Below, in pieces: positions 24,704 to 34,843 of a stretch of DNA of 44,977 nt (positions are counted from its first letter, which is position 1; each line of letters begins with the position of its first letter). A model generated the notes under the pieces. The model was given only the letters and a program-made list of their open reading frames with translations. It had not been told where the DNA came from and made no database searches. The stretch lies in the IMG/VR virus record IMGVR_UViG_3300004633_000002, positions 1-44,977 of that record. One strand, given 5' to 3'. The position numbers and the translations under genes were made by a program. Source of the stretch: a virus. Lineage: Duplodnaviria > Caudoviricetes.

Positions 24704-25714
24704 ATTCCATACAACTCAATCGCCACCAGGGCGACCCCAGGTTCGGGGCCGCTTATCCCCGAGGACGTACAGCGCGACATCGTGCAGTCCATTGAGGTCA
24801 AGTCGGCAGCTATGGCGCTCATGCCTCACGTTCGCATGAAGCGCGCCCAGCAGCGCATCCCGGTCATGAGCCAGCTACCCGTCGCGTACTGGATCACCGG
24901 CGCCAGCCTGGACGCCCGCGACATCGGCATGAAGCAGACGACCTCGCTGCAATGGGACAACGTCTACCTCAATGCTGAAGAGATGGCGGTGCTCGTGCCC
25001 ATCGCCAAGAACCTGCTCGACGACATGGACTACGACTTCTGGTCGCAGACCAAGCCCAAGATCACCGAGGCTTTCGCCGTCGCCCTGGACGACGCGATCT
25101 TCTTCGGCACCAACGCCCCGAGCACCTTCCCGCCCAGCATCGTCTCGGGCGCCAACTCGGCAGGCAACCTCGTTGTCGCGGGCACCAGCAGCGTGGACTA
25201 CCTCGACGACATCAACACCGCCATGGCTGCGGTGGAGGCCGACGGCTTCGACGTGACCGGCTTCTGGGCACGCCGCCAGGTCAAGGCCAAGCTGCGCGGC
25301 CTGCGCGATACGACCAAGGGCCTGCTCTTTTTGGGCGACAACTCGACGCCGAATGCCTCGATCAACACGGGCACGCTGTACGGCGAGCCAATCGTGTTCT
25401 CGAATGCTGGCTTTACGAGCTTCGCCACGGGTGCTACGGGTTACAGCATGATCGGCGGCCAGTGGGACCAGAGCATGCTCTCGATCAGAGATGACATCAG
25501 CATGGAGATGTTCGACACGGGCGTCATCACCGACAACGGCGCGCCGCCGGTCATCCAATACAACCTGATGCAACAGGACATGGTCGCGTTGCGCGTGACC
25601 GCCCGCTTCGCCTGGGCCATCCCCAACCCGGTCAACCGCCAACAGCCGACCAAGGCCAGCCGCTACCCGTTCTTCGCCGTCCAACAGAAGGCCACCACAG
25701 GCGGCGAGGGCTGA
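24704..25714 (+). CDS. Major capsid protein (HK97 fold), probable ATT start codon
   Basis: Frame is open from the TAG at 24689: (I/M)PYNSIATR...PLIPEDVQRDIVQS; E.AVLVPI, ALDDAIFFGT, LRGLRD, NLMQQDMVALR motifs. The track's GTG at 24782 truncates the conserved LIPE motif. Confidence 0.9.
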   Translation: MPYNSIATRATPGSGPLIPEDVQRDIVQSIEVKSAAMALMPHVRMKRAQQRIPVMSQLPVAYWITGASLDARDIGMKQTTSLQWDNVYLNAEEMAVLVPIAKNLLDDMDYDFWSQTKPKITEAFAVALDDAIFFGTNAPSTFPPSIVSGANSAGNLVVAGTSSVDYLDDINTAMAAVEADGFDVTGFWARRQVKAKLRGLRDTTKGLLFLGDNSTPNASINTGTLYGEPIVFSNAGFTSFATGATGYSMIGGQWDQSMLSIRDDISMEMFDTGVITDNGAPPVIQYNLMQQDMVALRVTARFAWAIPNPVNRQQPTKASRYPFFAVQQKATTGGEG

Positions 25715-25715
25715 C

Positions 25716-25880
25716 ATGCCAGGCGGGCGCCCGTACAAGAAGCCTGTTAGCCAGGCTCAGGCGCGCCTGTTTGGCGCCGCAGCCGGGGGCCAGGTCCCCG
25801 GCTTCAGCTCCGATGAGGCGCGCAAGAAGCTCAAGGGAGTGGACGAGAGCAAGCTCCCCAAACGGAAAGGCAAGAAGTAA
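25716..25880 (+). CDS. 54-aa basic protein (not in ORF track)
   Basis: MPGGRPYKKPVSQAQARLFGAAA...SKLPKRKGKK; fills the gap with a TAATG overlap. Confidence 0.7.
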   Translation: MPGGRPYKKPVSQAQARLFGAAAGGQVPGFSSDEARKKLKGVDESKLPKRKGKK

Positions 25881-26092
25881 TGCCGAAGGTGAGACTGCTC
25901 GTCCCGTGGGGTGAGCATGCGGCTGGCCAGGAGCTTGATGTCAGCGCCGAGGAGTTCGCTGCGCTGCGCGCCGATGGCAAGGCTGCCGACGTAGCTGCCG
26001 AGGAGGCCAACATGGCCCAGCCGCAGCACTTCAGCGACCGTACCGCCCGCGAGGACACCACCAGCACCAAGCCCAGCAAGGAGAAGAAGTAA
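25880..26092 (+). CDS. Small hypothetical virion-associated protein
   Basis: Coupled ORF after the capsid gene. Confidence 0.7.
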   Translation: MPKVRLLVPWGEHAAGQELDVSAEEFAALRADGKAADVAAEEANMAQPQHFSDRTAREDTTSTKPSKEKK

Positions 26093-26296
26093 ATGGCCAA
26101 GCTGCGCTTCCTGGCGGCCTCGGCCGACCCGCGCCCAGGCCAGGAGGGCATCGTCTACGGCCCAGGCCATGAGACGGACTTCGACCAGTCGGACTACGAC
26201 TACGTGAAGACGTTGCTGCTGGAAGGCAAGGCCGAGATCACCGACAACACGCCACCGGCTGAGATCTTCACGGCGCCGCCACCGCCACCGTCGTGA
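26093..26296 (+). CDS. Small hypothetical virion-associated protein
   Basis: Coupled ORF; shares an L..GKA pattern with the previous gene. Confidence 0.7.
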   Translation: MAKLRFLAASADPRPGQEGIVYGPGHETDFDQSDYDYVKTLLLEGKAEITDNTPPAEIFTAPPPPPS

Positions 26297-27189
26297 TCAC
26301 CCTCGCGCAACTTGATCAAGAGGTGGCCCGCAGGACCGGCCCGTTCTTCCAGGCTGCCCAGGACTCCCAGACGCCGACCACCTCGACGACCATCGCGGCG
26401 TACATGCCAACGCTCAAAAGCTCGGCGCTCCTGGGTGGCCCAGAGAACCTGTGGCTCCTGCGGCGCGGGATCAAGGCCGACGGCACGCCGGCGACCTACA
26501 ACGCCCAGGACCGCACGCGCATGGTGCTGTCGTTCGACTCGGCCTCGGGCCGCGTGATCGTCGACCGCAACTGGGCCTACCCGATGCAGCCCAATGAGCT
26601 AGCCGACTTCACCCACCTCCACCCGGATCAGGAGCTACGCGTGGCGGTGATGGCCGGCCTGCGGCGCTGCTTCCTCGAAGACCTGATCGCCGCCGTCCAG
26701 ACGAGTGGCTACGGCGATGTCGACCTGACCTACCAGGCGCCTTGGATCACCAACCCGACCCAGGTCACGCGGGTCCAGTACGGCTGGTACAAGCCGTTTG
26801 GCGAGGCGCCTTTCGAGACGACCGTGCAGCAGGGCCACGTCATGCTGCGGAATACCAGCGGCCCGTACGCGCCAGCCAACGTGTGGGTGACGGCTCTGCG
26901 CCCGGCCTGGACGTGGGTCAACAATGCTGATTCGACGACTGGTCCGACCGACGACGAAGACCAGCTAGCTGTAGACCTCGACTACGCCGCCTCGGCGGGC
27001 CACATCGAGGCCTGGCACCTGTGGCCCAGCCATATGTTCGCGGCAGCCGCCGGCAGCCTCCAGGCCAGCCAGAAAGACGCCGCCGCAGAGTTCACCCGCC
27101 AGAGCCTGATCTGGGCGCCGCCAGGCGTACGCCGCATCGGCTTCAACGAGGTGGTCGGCTTGCCGCTGATGGGGTCGGTCGCCAGGTGA
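26293..27189 (+). CDS. Putative head-tail adaptor protein
   Basis: MITLAQL..EV N-terminus, size and position typical of podophage adaptors. Confidence 0.55.
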   Translation: MITLAQLDQEVARRTGPFFQAAQDSQTPTTSTTIAAYMPTLKSSALLGGPENLWLLRRGIKADGTPATYNAQDRTRMVLSFDSASGRVIVDRNWAYPMQPNELADFTHLHPDQELRVAVMAGLRRCFLEDLIAAVQTSGYGDVDLTYQAPWITNPTQVTRVQYGWYKPFGEAPFETTVQQGHVMLRNTSGPYAPANVWVTALRPAWTWVNNADSTTGPTDDEDQLAVDLDYAASAGHIEAWHLWPSHMFAAAAGSLQASQKDAAAEFTRQSLIWAPPGVRRIGFNEVVGLPLMGSVAR

Positions 27190-28142
27190 CACGCGTCAAC
27201 TGGAACCCGGTCGCTGGCGAGCCGCTGCCCCCGACGTGGTCGCAGGGGCCGCAAGGTCCCGCTGGGCCAGCAGGTCCCATCGGGCCGGTAGGGCCAGCGG
27301 GCAAGGATGGTCAGCAGGGCATAGCTGGCGTCATGGGGCCACCAGGCGCCACGGGCGCCCAGGGCGCGGTAGGCCCAGCGGGACCGATGGGGCCTCAGGG
27401 GTCAGCGGGCGCAGCCGGCGTGCAGGGACCTCAGGGGACCCAGGGACCGGCCGGCCCGTCGGGGTCAGCCGGCCCAGCCGGACCGACCGGACCGCAAGGT
27501 GCGGACTCGACGGTGCCCGGCCCGCCCGGCGTAACCGGGGCAACTGGTCCGCAGGGGCCACAGGGGGCTGCCGGGCCGCAGGGCGCCACGGGAGCGCAAG
27601 GCCCGCCCGGCGCAGATGGCGCCACAGGCCCGCAGGGTCCGTCGGGCTTCGCCTGGGAAACGGCCGCAACCCAGGCCGCACTGCCTGGCACGGGCAACTG
27701 GGTGGGTCGCACCTTCCGCGTGACGGCTGGACTGGGGACGCAAGTCATGGTCTGGAACGGCTCGGCCTGGATCGTCGACCTCAACAGCGACACCGGCTGG
27801 CTGGCGGTCAACGCGCGCGTCGCCAACGGCTGGACGGTCGGGCCGGGCGGCATCGCCATCCGCCGCATCGGCAATCAGGTCGGCCACCAGTACGACCTGA
27901 CCGTGCCGACGACGTGGAACGCCGTGGTCGCTCTGGCGTGTCCAGCCGGCTTCACGCCGCGTGGCCTGTCGGTCAACCAGGCGTACTCGGAGTCGGGCAC
28001 ACCGCGCGCGGGCACGGCTATCGATGTCACCAACTCGCAGACCTTGTGGTGGAGGGCACTCGGCACGAGCGTCGCAACTGGCCGCATCCTGGGCGAGATC
28101 TGGACGACGACGGCGGATGCCTGGCCGACGGTGGCTCCCTGA
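27186..28142 (+). CDS. Collagen-repeat fibre protein
   Basis: Long GXY run; C-terminal DTGW...RRIGNQV fibre-tip pattern; GTG start in a GTGA overlap. Confidence 0.85.
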   Translation: MTRVNWNPVAGEPLPPTWSQGPQGPAGPAGPIGPVGPAGKDGQQGIAGVMGPPGATGAQGAVGPAGPMGPQGSAGAAGVQGPQGTQGPAGPSGSAGPAGPTGPQGADSTVPGPPGVTGATGPQGPQGAAGPQGATGAQGPPGADGATGPQGPSGFAWETAATQAALPGTGNWVGRTFRVTAGLGTQVMVWNGSAWIVDLNSDTGWLAVNARVANGWTVGPGGIAIRRIGNQVGHQYDLTVPTTWNAVVALACPAGFTPRGLSVNQAYSESGTPRAGTAIDVTNSQTLWWRALGTSVATGRILGEIWTTTADAWPTVAP

Positions 28143-29842
28143 TGGGCCGTGCCATTCCGGTGGTCATCAACGCGCCTGAACTGCCCCCGACACCGAGGGG
28201 CGGGATTGTCGGCACGCCTCAGCCACCCGCCGGACCACCTGGGCCACCAGGCCCTCAGGGGCCAATAGGTCCGGTCGGTCCTCAGGGTCCGGCTGGCGCG
28301 ACTGGCCCCCAGGGGCCACAGGGTGCTGATAGCACGGTGCCAGGCCCGCAAGGGCCGATTGGACCAACTGGCCCGACTGGTTCACAGGGGCCTGCAGGCC
28401 CGACTGGCGCCACCGGCTCGCAGGGTCCGGCGGGCGCGACCGGCGCCCAGGGGCCGCAAGGGCCGGCCGGCGGGATCGGCCCGCAGGGACCCCCAGGCCA
28501 GGGCATCCCGGTCGGCGGCACCGCTGGCCAGATGCTCACCAAAGTCGATGCGAGCAACTACAACGTCCAGTGGACCACGCCCTCGACGTTGGCCATCGCG
28601 GGCGACGTGCGCGGCACGCTCGGCAACGTCATCCACTCGCAGCGGAACAACTCGCCCTACTACATCCAGACCGCCGATGCGGTTGAGCACATGTTCTTCA
28701 ACGTCGGCCCAGGCAACGGCGTCAACTGGTACAACGCGGGCGGCGTCAGCACCTCGTGGTACAACCAGGCTGGCTCCACCCTGCTGATGTCGCTGGCTAA
28801 CGCCGGGGGGCTGACGATCAGCACGGGCGGCCTGTCGGTCACCGGCAACGTGTCGGTCAGCAGCGGCAGCATCGGTGCGACGGGCGATATCAGCGGGCGC
28901 TACCTGTACACCACTGACAGTGCCATCGGGCTGATCTCTTCCCAGAACGGGCCGCTCGTGGTGCGCGGTGCCAGCGGCCTGGTCCAGATGGACGGCGCCG
29001 GCGGCCTCTTGCTGACCACCAAGTTGCTGGTGGGCTCAAGCAGCGTGGCCAACTCGCTGAATGCGCCAATCGCCATTGCTGCTGCCCTCGGCAACCGCCT
29101 CTGCATCTACGACGCGGGCAGCGGCAGCGGCTACGGGATTGGCATGAACAGCGGTGAGATAAGCCTCTTCAGCCAGGGTCAACTGGTCAACTTCCGTATG
29201 AACAGTTACGCCGGCGCATCAATGATGGCGTTTGGTCCCAACGTGACGTGGATGCCTACTGGCGCGGGTGCCCTGGTCTACTACATCAACTTCGGCGGCA
29301 ACGACTCGCTGACCAACGCGCAGAACTCGTACATCAACTGGCGGCGCAGCTACGACAACGTCAGCCCCATGTCGATCTACGGCAGCGGCTTGCTCCAGAC
29401 GCTGGGCGCAGTGCAGTCAGCGACCAGCCACAACGCCTACAGCGCGCCGGTTGACGGCTACGGCTTCCGCACCAACAACACCGCCAACGTCAACGGCCAG
29501 GGCTACGCCAACGCCTGGGTGACGGCAAGCTCGAAGGAGTTCAAGAAGAACGTCAAGCCGATGCGCGATCCCATCGCGGGCGTACTCAACCCGGCCCTGC
29601 GGGGCATCGAGTACGACCATACCTGGCGTGCCCAGGGCGCAAAGGCTGACACCACCACCCACCACATCGGCTTCGTTGCCGATGACTTCCAGCCGTTCTA
29701 CCCCGAGATCGTGTCCACCGATAAGGACGGCAAGCCAATGGGCATGGACTACGCGCGGGTGACGGCCATTCTCTGGGAGGCGCTCAGGAGCTACATGCTG
29801 GACACCAACGCCCGACTCGACAGATTGGAGCCACGCGCATGA
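28142..29842 (+). CDS. Collagen-repeat tail fibre with C-terminal S74 intramolecular chaperone
   Basis: GXY run, GG..GQML.K motif, then SS.EFKKNV, IGFVADD..P.PEIV and MDYAR (peptidase S74 pattern); TGATG start. Confidence 0.85.
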   Translation: MGRAIPVVINAPELPPTPRGGIVGTPQPPAGPPGPPGPQGPIGPVGPQGPAGATGPQGPQGADSTVPGPQGPIGPTGPTGSQGPAGPTGATGSQGPAGATGAQGPQGPAGGIGPQGPPGQGIPVGGTAGQMLTKVDASNYNVQWTTPSTLAIAGDVRGTLGNVIHSQRNNSPYYIQTADAVEHMFFNVGPGNGVNWYNAGGVSTSWYNQAGSTLLMSLANAGGLTISTGGLSVTGNVSVSSGSIGATGDISGRYLYTTDSAIGLISSQNGPLVVRGASGLVQMDGAGGLLLTTKLLVGSSSVANSLNAPIAIAAALGNRLCIYDAGSGSGYGIGMNSGEISLFSQGQLVNFRMNSYAGASMMAFGPNVTWMPTGAGALVYYINFGGNDSLTNAQNSYINWRRSYDNVSPMSIYGSGLLQTLGAVQSATSHNAYSAPVDGYGFRTNNTANVNGQGYANAWVTASSKEFKKNVKPMRDPIAGVLNPALRGIEYDHTWRAQGAKADTTTHHIGFVADDFQPFYPEIVSTDKDGKPMGMDYARVTAILWEALRSYMLDTNARLDRLEPRA

Positions 29843-30099
29843 CCGCAGGACTCTCGCCCGTCAACGCGTACGAGGTGAACGCCAACGTCGGCGCGGTGCT
29901 GCGCCAGTTCACCGACGTTCGCGCCATCATTCACCAGCACTGGTCCTGGCTCGCCGCCGAGGACCTGAAGGTACCGCCGTACGAGATGTCGGCCGACGAC
30001 GAGACACTCATCAAGAGCGCCCTGGGGCCGCTGGACGAAGACCTCAAGGCCATCGACATGACCTTCATCTCCCGCCTGATTGGACTGCCGACGACGTGA
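29839..30099 (+). CDS. Hypothetical protein
   Basis: ATGA-coupled ORF. Confidence 0.65.
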   Translation: MTAGLSPVNAYEVNANVGAVLRQFTDVRAIIHQHWSWLAAEDLKVPPYEMSADDETLIKSALGPLDEDLKAIDMTFISRLIGLPTT

Positions 30100-30272
30100 C
30101 CGAAGTTCCCTACACCACCAACGACCTTGTGCTGCTGATCGGCCAGGCCACCGTGGAGCTTGCCTACCTGCGGGCGCGGGTGGCCAGCCTGGAGGCCCAG
30201 GTCGCCGCCAGCCAGGAGAAGCCGCCCAACGGGCTGGCCGAGGTGATCCCCGAACGTGTCACTGCTCAGTAG
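30096..30272 (+). CDS. 58-aa coiled-coil protein (not in ORF track)
   Basis: [36 protein letters not shown]...; GTGA overlap. Confidence 0.65.
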   Translation: MTEVPYTTNDLVLLIGQATVELAYLRARVASLEAQVAASQEKPPNGLAEVIPERVTAQ

Positions 30273-32310
30273 TCGCCGCAGGCCGTGGCCCTTCCACATG
30301 CGGATGGGCAGCATCCTCGGCTCGCCCAACGACCGCCTCGGGTTCATGCTGGTGACCAGCCAGGACGGCCTGATGGTCGGCAAGAAGCAGCAGATGCTGG
30401 ATTCGGTGGTGCCTTCGGTGCAGGAGTACGGCTCGGCGCCGGTGTACCGCGAGCGCACCTTCCCGGCACACGCCTCGGGCGGCTACGGCGAGCGCGTCCA
30501 GTCCAGCTACGGCGACAAGCGCTACTACTGGGGCAACGACATCACCGTGTCCGGCGGCCTGGTCGGCAAGGGCCCGCTGGTCCACCCGATCATGCCCAGC
30601 CCCGCGCCAGGCAGCAGCGTCTGGAAGATCATCGACGGTTACAACACGGCCAGCCTGACGCTCACCCAGTTCGTCTGCTCGGGGACCAAGGTCTACCGCC
30701 GCACCGACGACACCAACGCTGGCCAGGTGGTGGACAAGGACTTCACGCCGAACGTTGTCAACGACGCGGCGGTCTTCCAGGGTGGGTTCGCTGGAGCTAC
30801 CAAGAGCCTGTACATCGCCACCAACGGTGGAACCGTGTGGGAGCGCACGCCCAGCGGGACGTGGACCCAGTGTGCGCTGCCGATGAACATCTTCAGGCTA
30901 GAGGTGGTTGGCACCGAGTTGTGGGGCGCCGACGTGGTCAACAGCGTGGTGCGTAAGGTCACCTCGGACCCGAAGGTGTCGGCAAACTGGTCCGGTCCGT
31001 TCCTGATCGGTGACCCGAGTGTGCGGATCAGCGCTATCCGCCAGACCGGCCAGACGCTGGTCATCTTCAAAGAGGACGGCACGCTGTACACCCTCAACTC
31101 CGACGGCTCCGTCAACGACCTGTTCCCCGGCATCGCCTCGACGCCCAACTCCGACAATGGCTACCGCGCCCAGGCTTGGATGGGCGCCCTGTGGTTTCGG
31201 GCCGGCCCCGCCTTCTACCGCCTGGACATGCCGGGCGCGCAGCTTACGCCGATGGGTCCAGGGCGGCTGCTGGACAACGCCTCACCCGTTCGGGGTGAGC
31301 CGCGCGTGTTGTGCGGCTGGGGCGGCTACCAGGCCTACCTGGGCATCTGGAACCCGACCTCGACGACCGACTACCCGGCCGCGAGCTACCTGCTGAGCTA
31401 CGGCTCCTGGGAAGAGAAGAACACCGACGAGGGCGTGCAGATCGTCTTCGACGACCAGTGGGACGGCAGCCTGGCGCACTGGCCTGGGCGCCAGATCACG
31501 GCCATGTCGACGAGTGGCGCGAGCGGCCAGGACCGCCTGTACATCGGTTTCGGTGACGGCGGCTGGGACTGGATCAAGCTCGTCCAGAACCCGCTGGCGC
31601 CCAACAGCGGCGCCGAATTTGTCCTCGGTCCGAGCGAGATCGTCTACCCGCTGCACCACGCCATGTTCGAGGCCGATCTCAAGCACTGGCTCGGCTTCAG
31701 CGTCTTCGGGCCGACGATGAAGCCTGGCGACGAGGTGACGCTGAGCTACCGCATCATGGCTTCGTCGGGTGCCCCAGGCACCGATCCCTCGGGCGGCTGG
31801 ATCGCCCTGGGCGAGTTCACGGGCAACGGCCAGCGCATCCAGACGCCCGCCAACATGGTCGGCAACGCGCTCTCGCTGAAGGCTGCGCTCTCCAACACCA
31901 CCACCACCGACACCCCGGTTATGGAGATCGTGGCGTTCCACGAGCGCGTGGTGCCGGCCTTCAAGCGTGACCTGCAGATGACCGTCGATGCACGCGGCTT
32001 CCAGACCCGCCTGGATGGGGCGGCCATCCGCTACGACTCGGCGGCCATGCAGCAGGCCATGATCAACTTCGCCTCCGTCCCCGGCAGCCTGGCCATCGAG
32101 CTACCCGACGAGACGGTCAACGAGATCGCCGTGTTCGGCTATCAGGAGCGGCTGCTGCCGCCGCAAGCGGGTGGTGGGCGCTCCTGGGGCATCGATATCC
32201 AGGCCACCCAGTTCCGCATCCTGACCGTCTACGGGATTATCAAGCGCTTCCGAGGCACGCGCGTTGGCGACATGCGCGGGTTCAAGATCGGCGCCACGAG
32301 GACCATGTAA
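30256..32310 (+). CDS. Putative tail nozzle/tubular protein (beta-propeller-like)
   Basis: 684 aa, beta-rich with repeated LYI/LW/LVIF strands; position after adaptor and fibres. Confidence 0.6.
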   Translation: MSLLSSRRRPWPFHMRMGSILGSPNDRLGFMLVTSQDGLMVGKKQQMLDSVVPSVQEYGSAPVYRERTFPAHASGGYGERVQSSYGDKRYYWGNDITVSGGLVGKGPLVHPIMPSPAPGSSVWKIIDGYNTASLTLTQFVCSGTKVYRRTDDTNAGQVVDKDFTPNVVNDAAVFQGGFAGATKSLYIATNGGTVWERTPSGTWTQCALPMNIFRLEVVGTELWGADVVNSVVRKVTSDPKVSANWSGPFLIGDPSVRISAIRQTGQTLVIFKEDGTLYTLNSDGSVNDLFPGIASTPNSDNGYRAQAWMGALWFRAGPAFYRLDMPGAQLTPMGPGRLLDNASPVRGEPRVLCGWGGYQAYLGIWNPTSTTDYPAASYLLSYGSWEEKNTDEGVQIVFDDQWDGSLAHWPGRQITAMSTSGASGQDRLYIGFGDGGWDWIKLVQNPLAPNSGAEFVLGPSEIVYPLHHAMFEADLKHWLGFSVFGPTMKPGDEVTLSYRIMASSGAPGTDPSGGWIALGEFTGNGQRIQTPANMVGNALSLKAALSNTTTTDTPVMEIVAFHERVVPAFKRDLQMTVDARGFQTRLDGAAIRYDSAAMQQAMINFASVPGSLAIELPDETVNEIAVFGYQERLLPPQAGGGRSWGIDIQATQFRILTVYGIIKRFRGTRVGDMRGFKIGATRTM

Positions 32311-33188
32311 TGAGCGATCTGACCACCGAACTCAACCTCGCCCTGGCCGTGGACGACGACGACCTGGCCGACTACCTCGATCAGCCGGCCGGGCTGCGCG
32401 GGTCGCTGATCACCCTCGACGGGCTGTTCAACCAGAGCACCGGACACAATCACAACGGCAGCCATCAGGGCGGGGCCATCAACCCAGGCGCGTTTGCCGA
32501 CGGCAGCATCAACGGCAGCAAGCTCGTCGACAACACGGTCACCAGCGCCAAGATCACCAACGGCACGATCACCGGCGCCGACATCGCCGCCGCCACGATC
32601 ACCGGCGCCAACATCGCCACGGGCACGCTGACCAGCGGCAACATTGCCGACGGCACGATCACCGGCACCGACATCGCCGCAGGCACGGTCACGGGCGCGA
32701 ACATTCAGGACGGCTCGCTGACGGGCGCCGACCTGGCCGCTGGCACGGTCACCTCGGACAAGATCGCCCCCTTCACCAGCGGCCCGACCACCAGCGACTG
32801 GTTCCGCGTCAGCGTCACGGCTGCGGGCATCTTCTGCACGCCCGCCAACCAGGGCATCGCCTTCGACGCCAGCGGCGCATACGCCTACCCCAGCGCCGAC
32901 CGCCTGGTGGGCGCCACCGCCACCCAGACGCTCAGTAACAAGACCGTGGCCGACCCGCGTATCACCGGCGAAGGGCCGGTGTACACCACGGGCAACTACG
33001 AACTGGGCGCCGCGACCAACGGCAAGTGGCGCTTCGTCAAGGCCTGGGGCGGCCCGATCACCTTCTACGCCACGGGTAGCTCGGGTATGGCTGGGCCTGG
33101 GGCCACGGCCATCACCACCACGGTGGTCATCCAGAACGGCGACTCGTGTTCGTGGTACGCCGACGGCACGTACTGGTGGTGCATCTGA
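32310..33188 (+). CDS. Fibre/spike protein with ITGADIAAGT-type decapeptide repeats
   Basis: About 9-10 tandem 10-aa repeats; HNHNG motif; TQTLSNKT motif. Confidence 0.7.
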   Translation: MSDLTTELNLALAVDDDDLADYLDQPAGLRGSLITLDGLFNQSTGHNHNGSHQGGAINPGAFADGSINGSKLVDNTVTSAKITNGTITGADIAAATITGANIATGTLTSGNIADGTITGTDIAAGTVTGANIQDGSLTGADLAAGTVTSDKIAPFTSGPTTSDWFRVSVTAAGIFCTPANQGIAFDASGAYAYPSADRLVGATATQTLSNKTVADPRITGEGPVYTTGNYELGAATNGKWRFVKAWGGPITFYATGSSGMAGPGATAITTTVVIQNGDSCSWYADGTYWWCI

Positions 33189-33189
33189 G

Positions 33190-33579
33190 GTGACCTTCAT
33201 CCAGATCTCGGCCGACACCGAGGTAACCGTCCCGCTCAGCGTCACGCTGGTCAACAACGGCACCAGCGCCAACACCACGCTGACCATCCCCAAGAGCGGG
33301 CACTGGGTGATCGGCTGCTACGTGGACGGCTCGGTCAACCTGAATAGCTTCGGCGCCACCGCCACCGTGCAGTGCGGCGGCCTGATCGGCGCGGGCAAGG
33401 TCACCAACGGCTGGACAAACACCGGCAGCGGCCAGTTCCACGCCGGCTTCTGCGTCTTCGGGGACGCCACCGCCGGCCAGTATCTGCAGGTCAACGTCGC
33501 GTGCCAGTTCATCGTCAGCGGCACTGCCACGGGGCTGCTGTATGCCCACTTCGTCCCGACACCCGCAGTTCCACGCTAG
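33190..33579 (+). CDS. Hypothetical beta-sandwich virion protein
   Basis: Beta-rich ORF following the fibre gene. Confidence 0.6.
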   Translation: MTFIQISADTEVTVPLSVTLVNNGTSANTTLTIPKSGHWVIGCYVDGSVNLNSFGATATVQCGGLIGAGKVTNGWTNTGSGQFHAGFCVFGDATAGQYLQVNVACQFIVSGTATGLLYAHFVPTPAVPR

Positions 33580-33587
33580 GGGGAGCT

Positions 33588-33773
33588 ATGAGCGATTTTG
33601 TAGTTGGTGAAGGCGTTCAGGTCGCCATGTTCAACGCTGGCGACACGCCTGCCTCGGACGAGATCTACGAGGTCCAGGCCGAAGGGCACACGATCTCCAA
33701 GACCTATGGCCACCAGGCCGTCTACTACTGGTACGAGGAGACGGGCGCAGTTTCGCGCACGCCCTTTCGGTGA
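33588..33773 (+). CDS. 61-aa protein; possibly the N-terminal part of a frameshifted lysin
   Basis: GGGGGAG RBS plus ATG at 33588; ends CCC TTT CGG TGA. Confidence 0.7.
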   Translation: MSDFVVGEGVQVAMFNAGDTPASDEIYEVQAEGHTISKTYGHQAVYYWYEETGAVSRTPFR

Positions 33774-33822
33774 GGAGACAGGAGACTGGTACTGGTACTT
33801 CGATCAGAACCGAGGCCTGTAC

Positions 33823-34248
33823 ATGGCTCCCCAGGAAGCCGGCTGGACTTGCTCTGTATGCGCTACTGACTGGACTCTCCGGGCTACTGGTCTGGACCCT
33901 GACTCGAATCGCATCAAGGTCGGGCTCAACGTTGGCTACCCCAACTGCGTCAACCCCGCCAACGGCCTGGAGAGCACCCAGTGTGTGGTCGATGTTCTGG
34001 GTAGCTACGGACCCGAGGCCGTCCAGGCCTGGGTGGACTTCGACGAGGCCTACGACCTGTGCGCCTCGACGGCTGGCGTGCTCAACAGCACCCGCTGGTA
34101 CCACTTCGTCGGCATCCGAGGCGTGAGCAACGGCCAACTCTGGATCGCCAACAGCGCCGAGGGTTACCAGGGCATCTATTCGCAGATCAGCCGCAGCCAG
34201 TGGGACGCCTGGGCGGGTAGCTGGCAGATCGTCTACCTGAGGAGGTAG
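33823..34248 (+). CDS. C39-like cysteine peptidase (probable endolysin); start uncertain (ATG 33823 or +1 frameshift from 33588)
   Basis: Q..GWTCS, HFVGIRG and WIANS catalytic pattern; adjacent to a holin-like gene. Confidence 0.7.
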   Translation: MAPQEAGWTCSVCATDWTLRATGLDPDSNRIKVGLNVGYPNCVNPANGLESTQCVVDVLGSYGPEAVQAWVDFDEAYDLCASTAGVLNSTRWYHFVGIRGVSNGQLWIANSAEGYQGIYSQISRSQWDAWAGSWQIVYLRR

Positions 34249-34251
34249 CTA

Positions 34252-34407
34252 ATGCAAATCACCACTGTCAGGAGCTACTCGATCACCATCGGCTGGCTGA
34301 TTGGCCTGGTCATATTTATCGTCGCCGTGGTGCTGCTCATCCTGTCGATGATCGACCTGCGGCTGGGCCTGTTGATCGGTGGCCTCGCGCTGGCGAGGCT
34401 CCTCTAA
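34252..34407 (+). CDS. Putative holin (51 aa, two TM segments; not in ORF track)
   Basis: MQITTVRSYSITIGWLIGLVIFIVAVVLLILSMIDLRLGLLIGGLALARLL; GAGGAGG RBS. Confidence 0.7.
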   Translation: MQITTVRSYSITIGWLIGLVIFIVAVVLLILSMIDLRLGLLIGGLALARLL

Positions 34408-34576
34408 CTGGTCCGGAGCCGGGGAGTCAGAAAGGGGACGTACCTACCACAGCCTCGGCTCCGGGCACCCGCTCTAAGTGGTCCAAACCCGCATTGAAGT
34501 TGGGTGTAGCACCCAGCCCCATTCGATGCGGTCAGGCAGATCGTCCCATCGGCGGGCGTCAACGGGGCAATTCTTT

Positions 34577-34843
34577 CTACCAAGCGTTGCGAGCTACGCC
34601 GATCACGCGCAGCTTGCCGTCGGTGAGCATGGCCATGATGCACAACCTACAGCGGCGCCTGGCGCGCACGCCGCTGCCCGTGCCCCAGACGCCGATCCGC
34701 CCGCAGTAGCTGTACTCGCTCCTGCCGTCGAACCAGTGCTCCAGGCGCGGGGCGTACTCGTAGTCATACTTCGCGTCACTGGGTCGCCAGCCTGCCGTGC
34801 GCGGCCACTCGGGCTGATCCTGGGTGAGGTCGGGCTGGCTCAT
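34577..34843 (-). CDS. Hypothetical protein with H..C..CxxC motif
   Basis: ATGA-coupled last gene of a leftward operon. Confidence 0.65.
   Translation of the reverse strand: MSQPDLTQDQPEWPRTAGWRPSDAKYDYEYAPRLEHWFDGRSEYSYCGRIGVWGTGSGVRARRRCRLCIMAMLTDGKLRVIGVARNAW

Noticed and set aside
27021-28141. Extended starts for the collagen genes (27021, 27236) and for int (41118), 2634 and 6531
   Set aside because: They overlap upstream genes or RNA elements; coupled or RBS-supported downstream starts are more plausible.
27240-28505. Collagen and decapeptide repeats as a diversity-generating or novel repeat system
   Set aside because: Ordinary protein-level fibre repeats; no reverse transcriptase or TR/VR pair.
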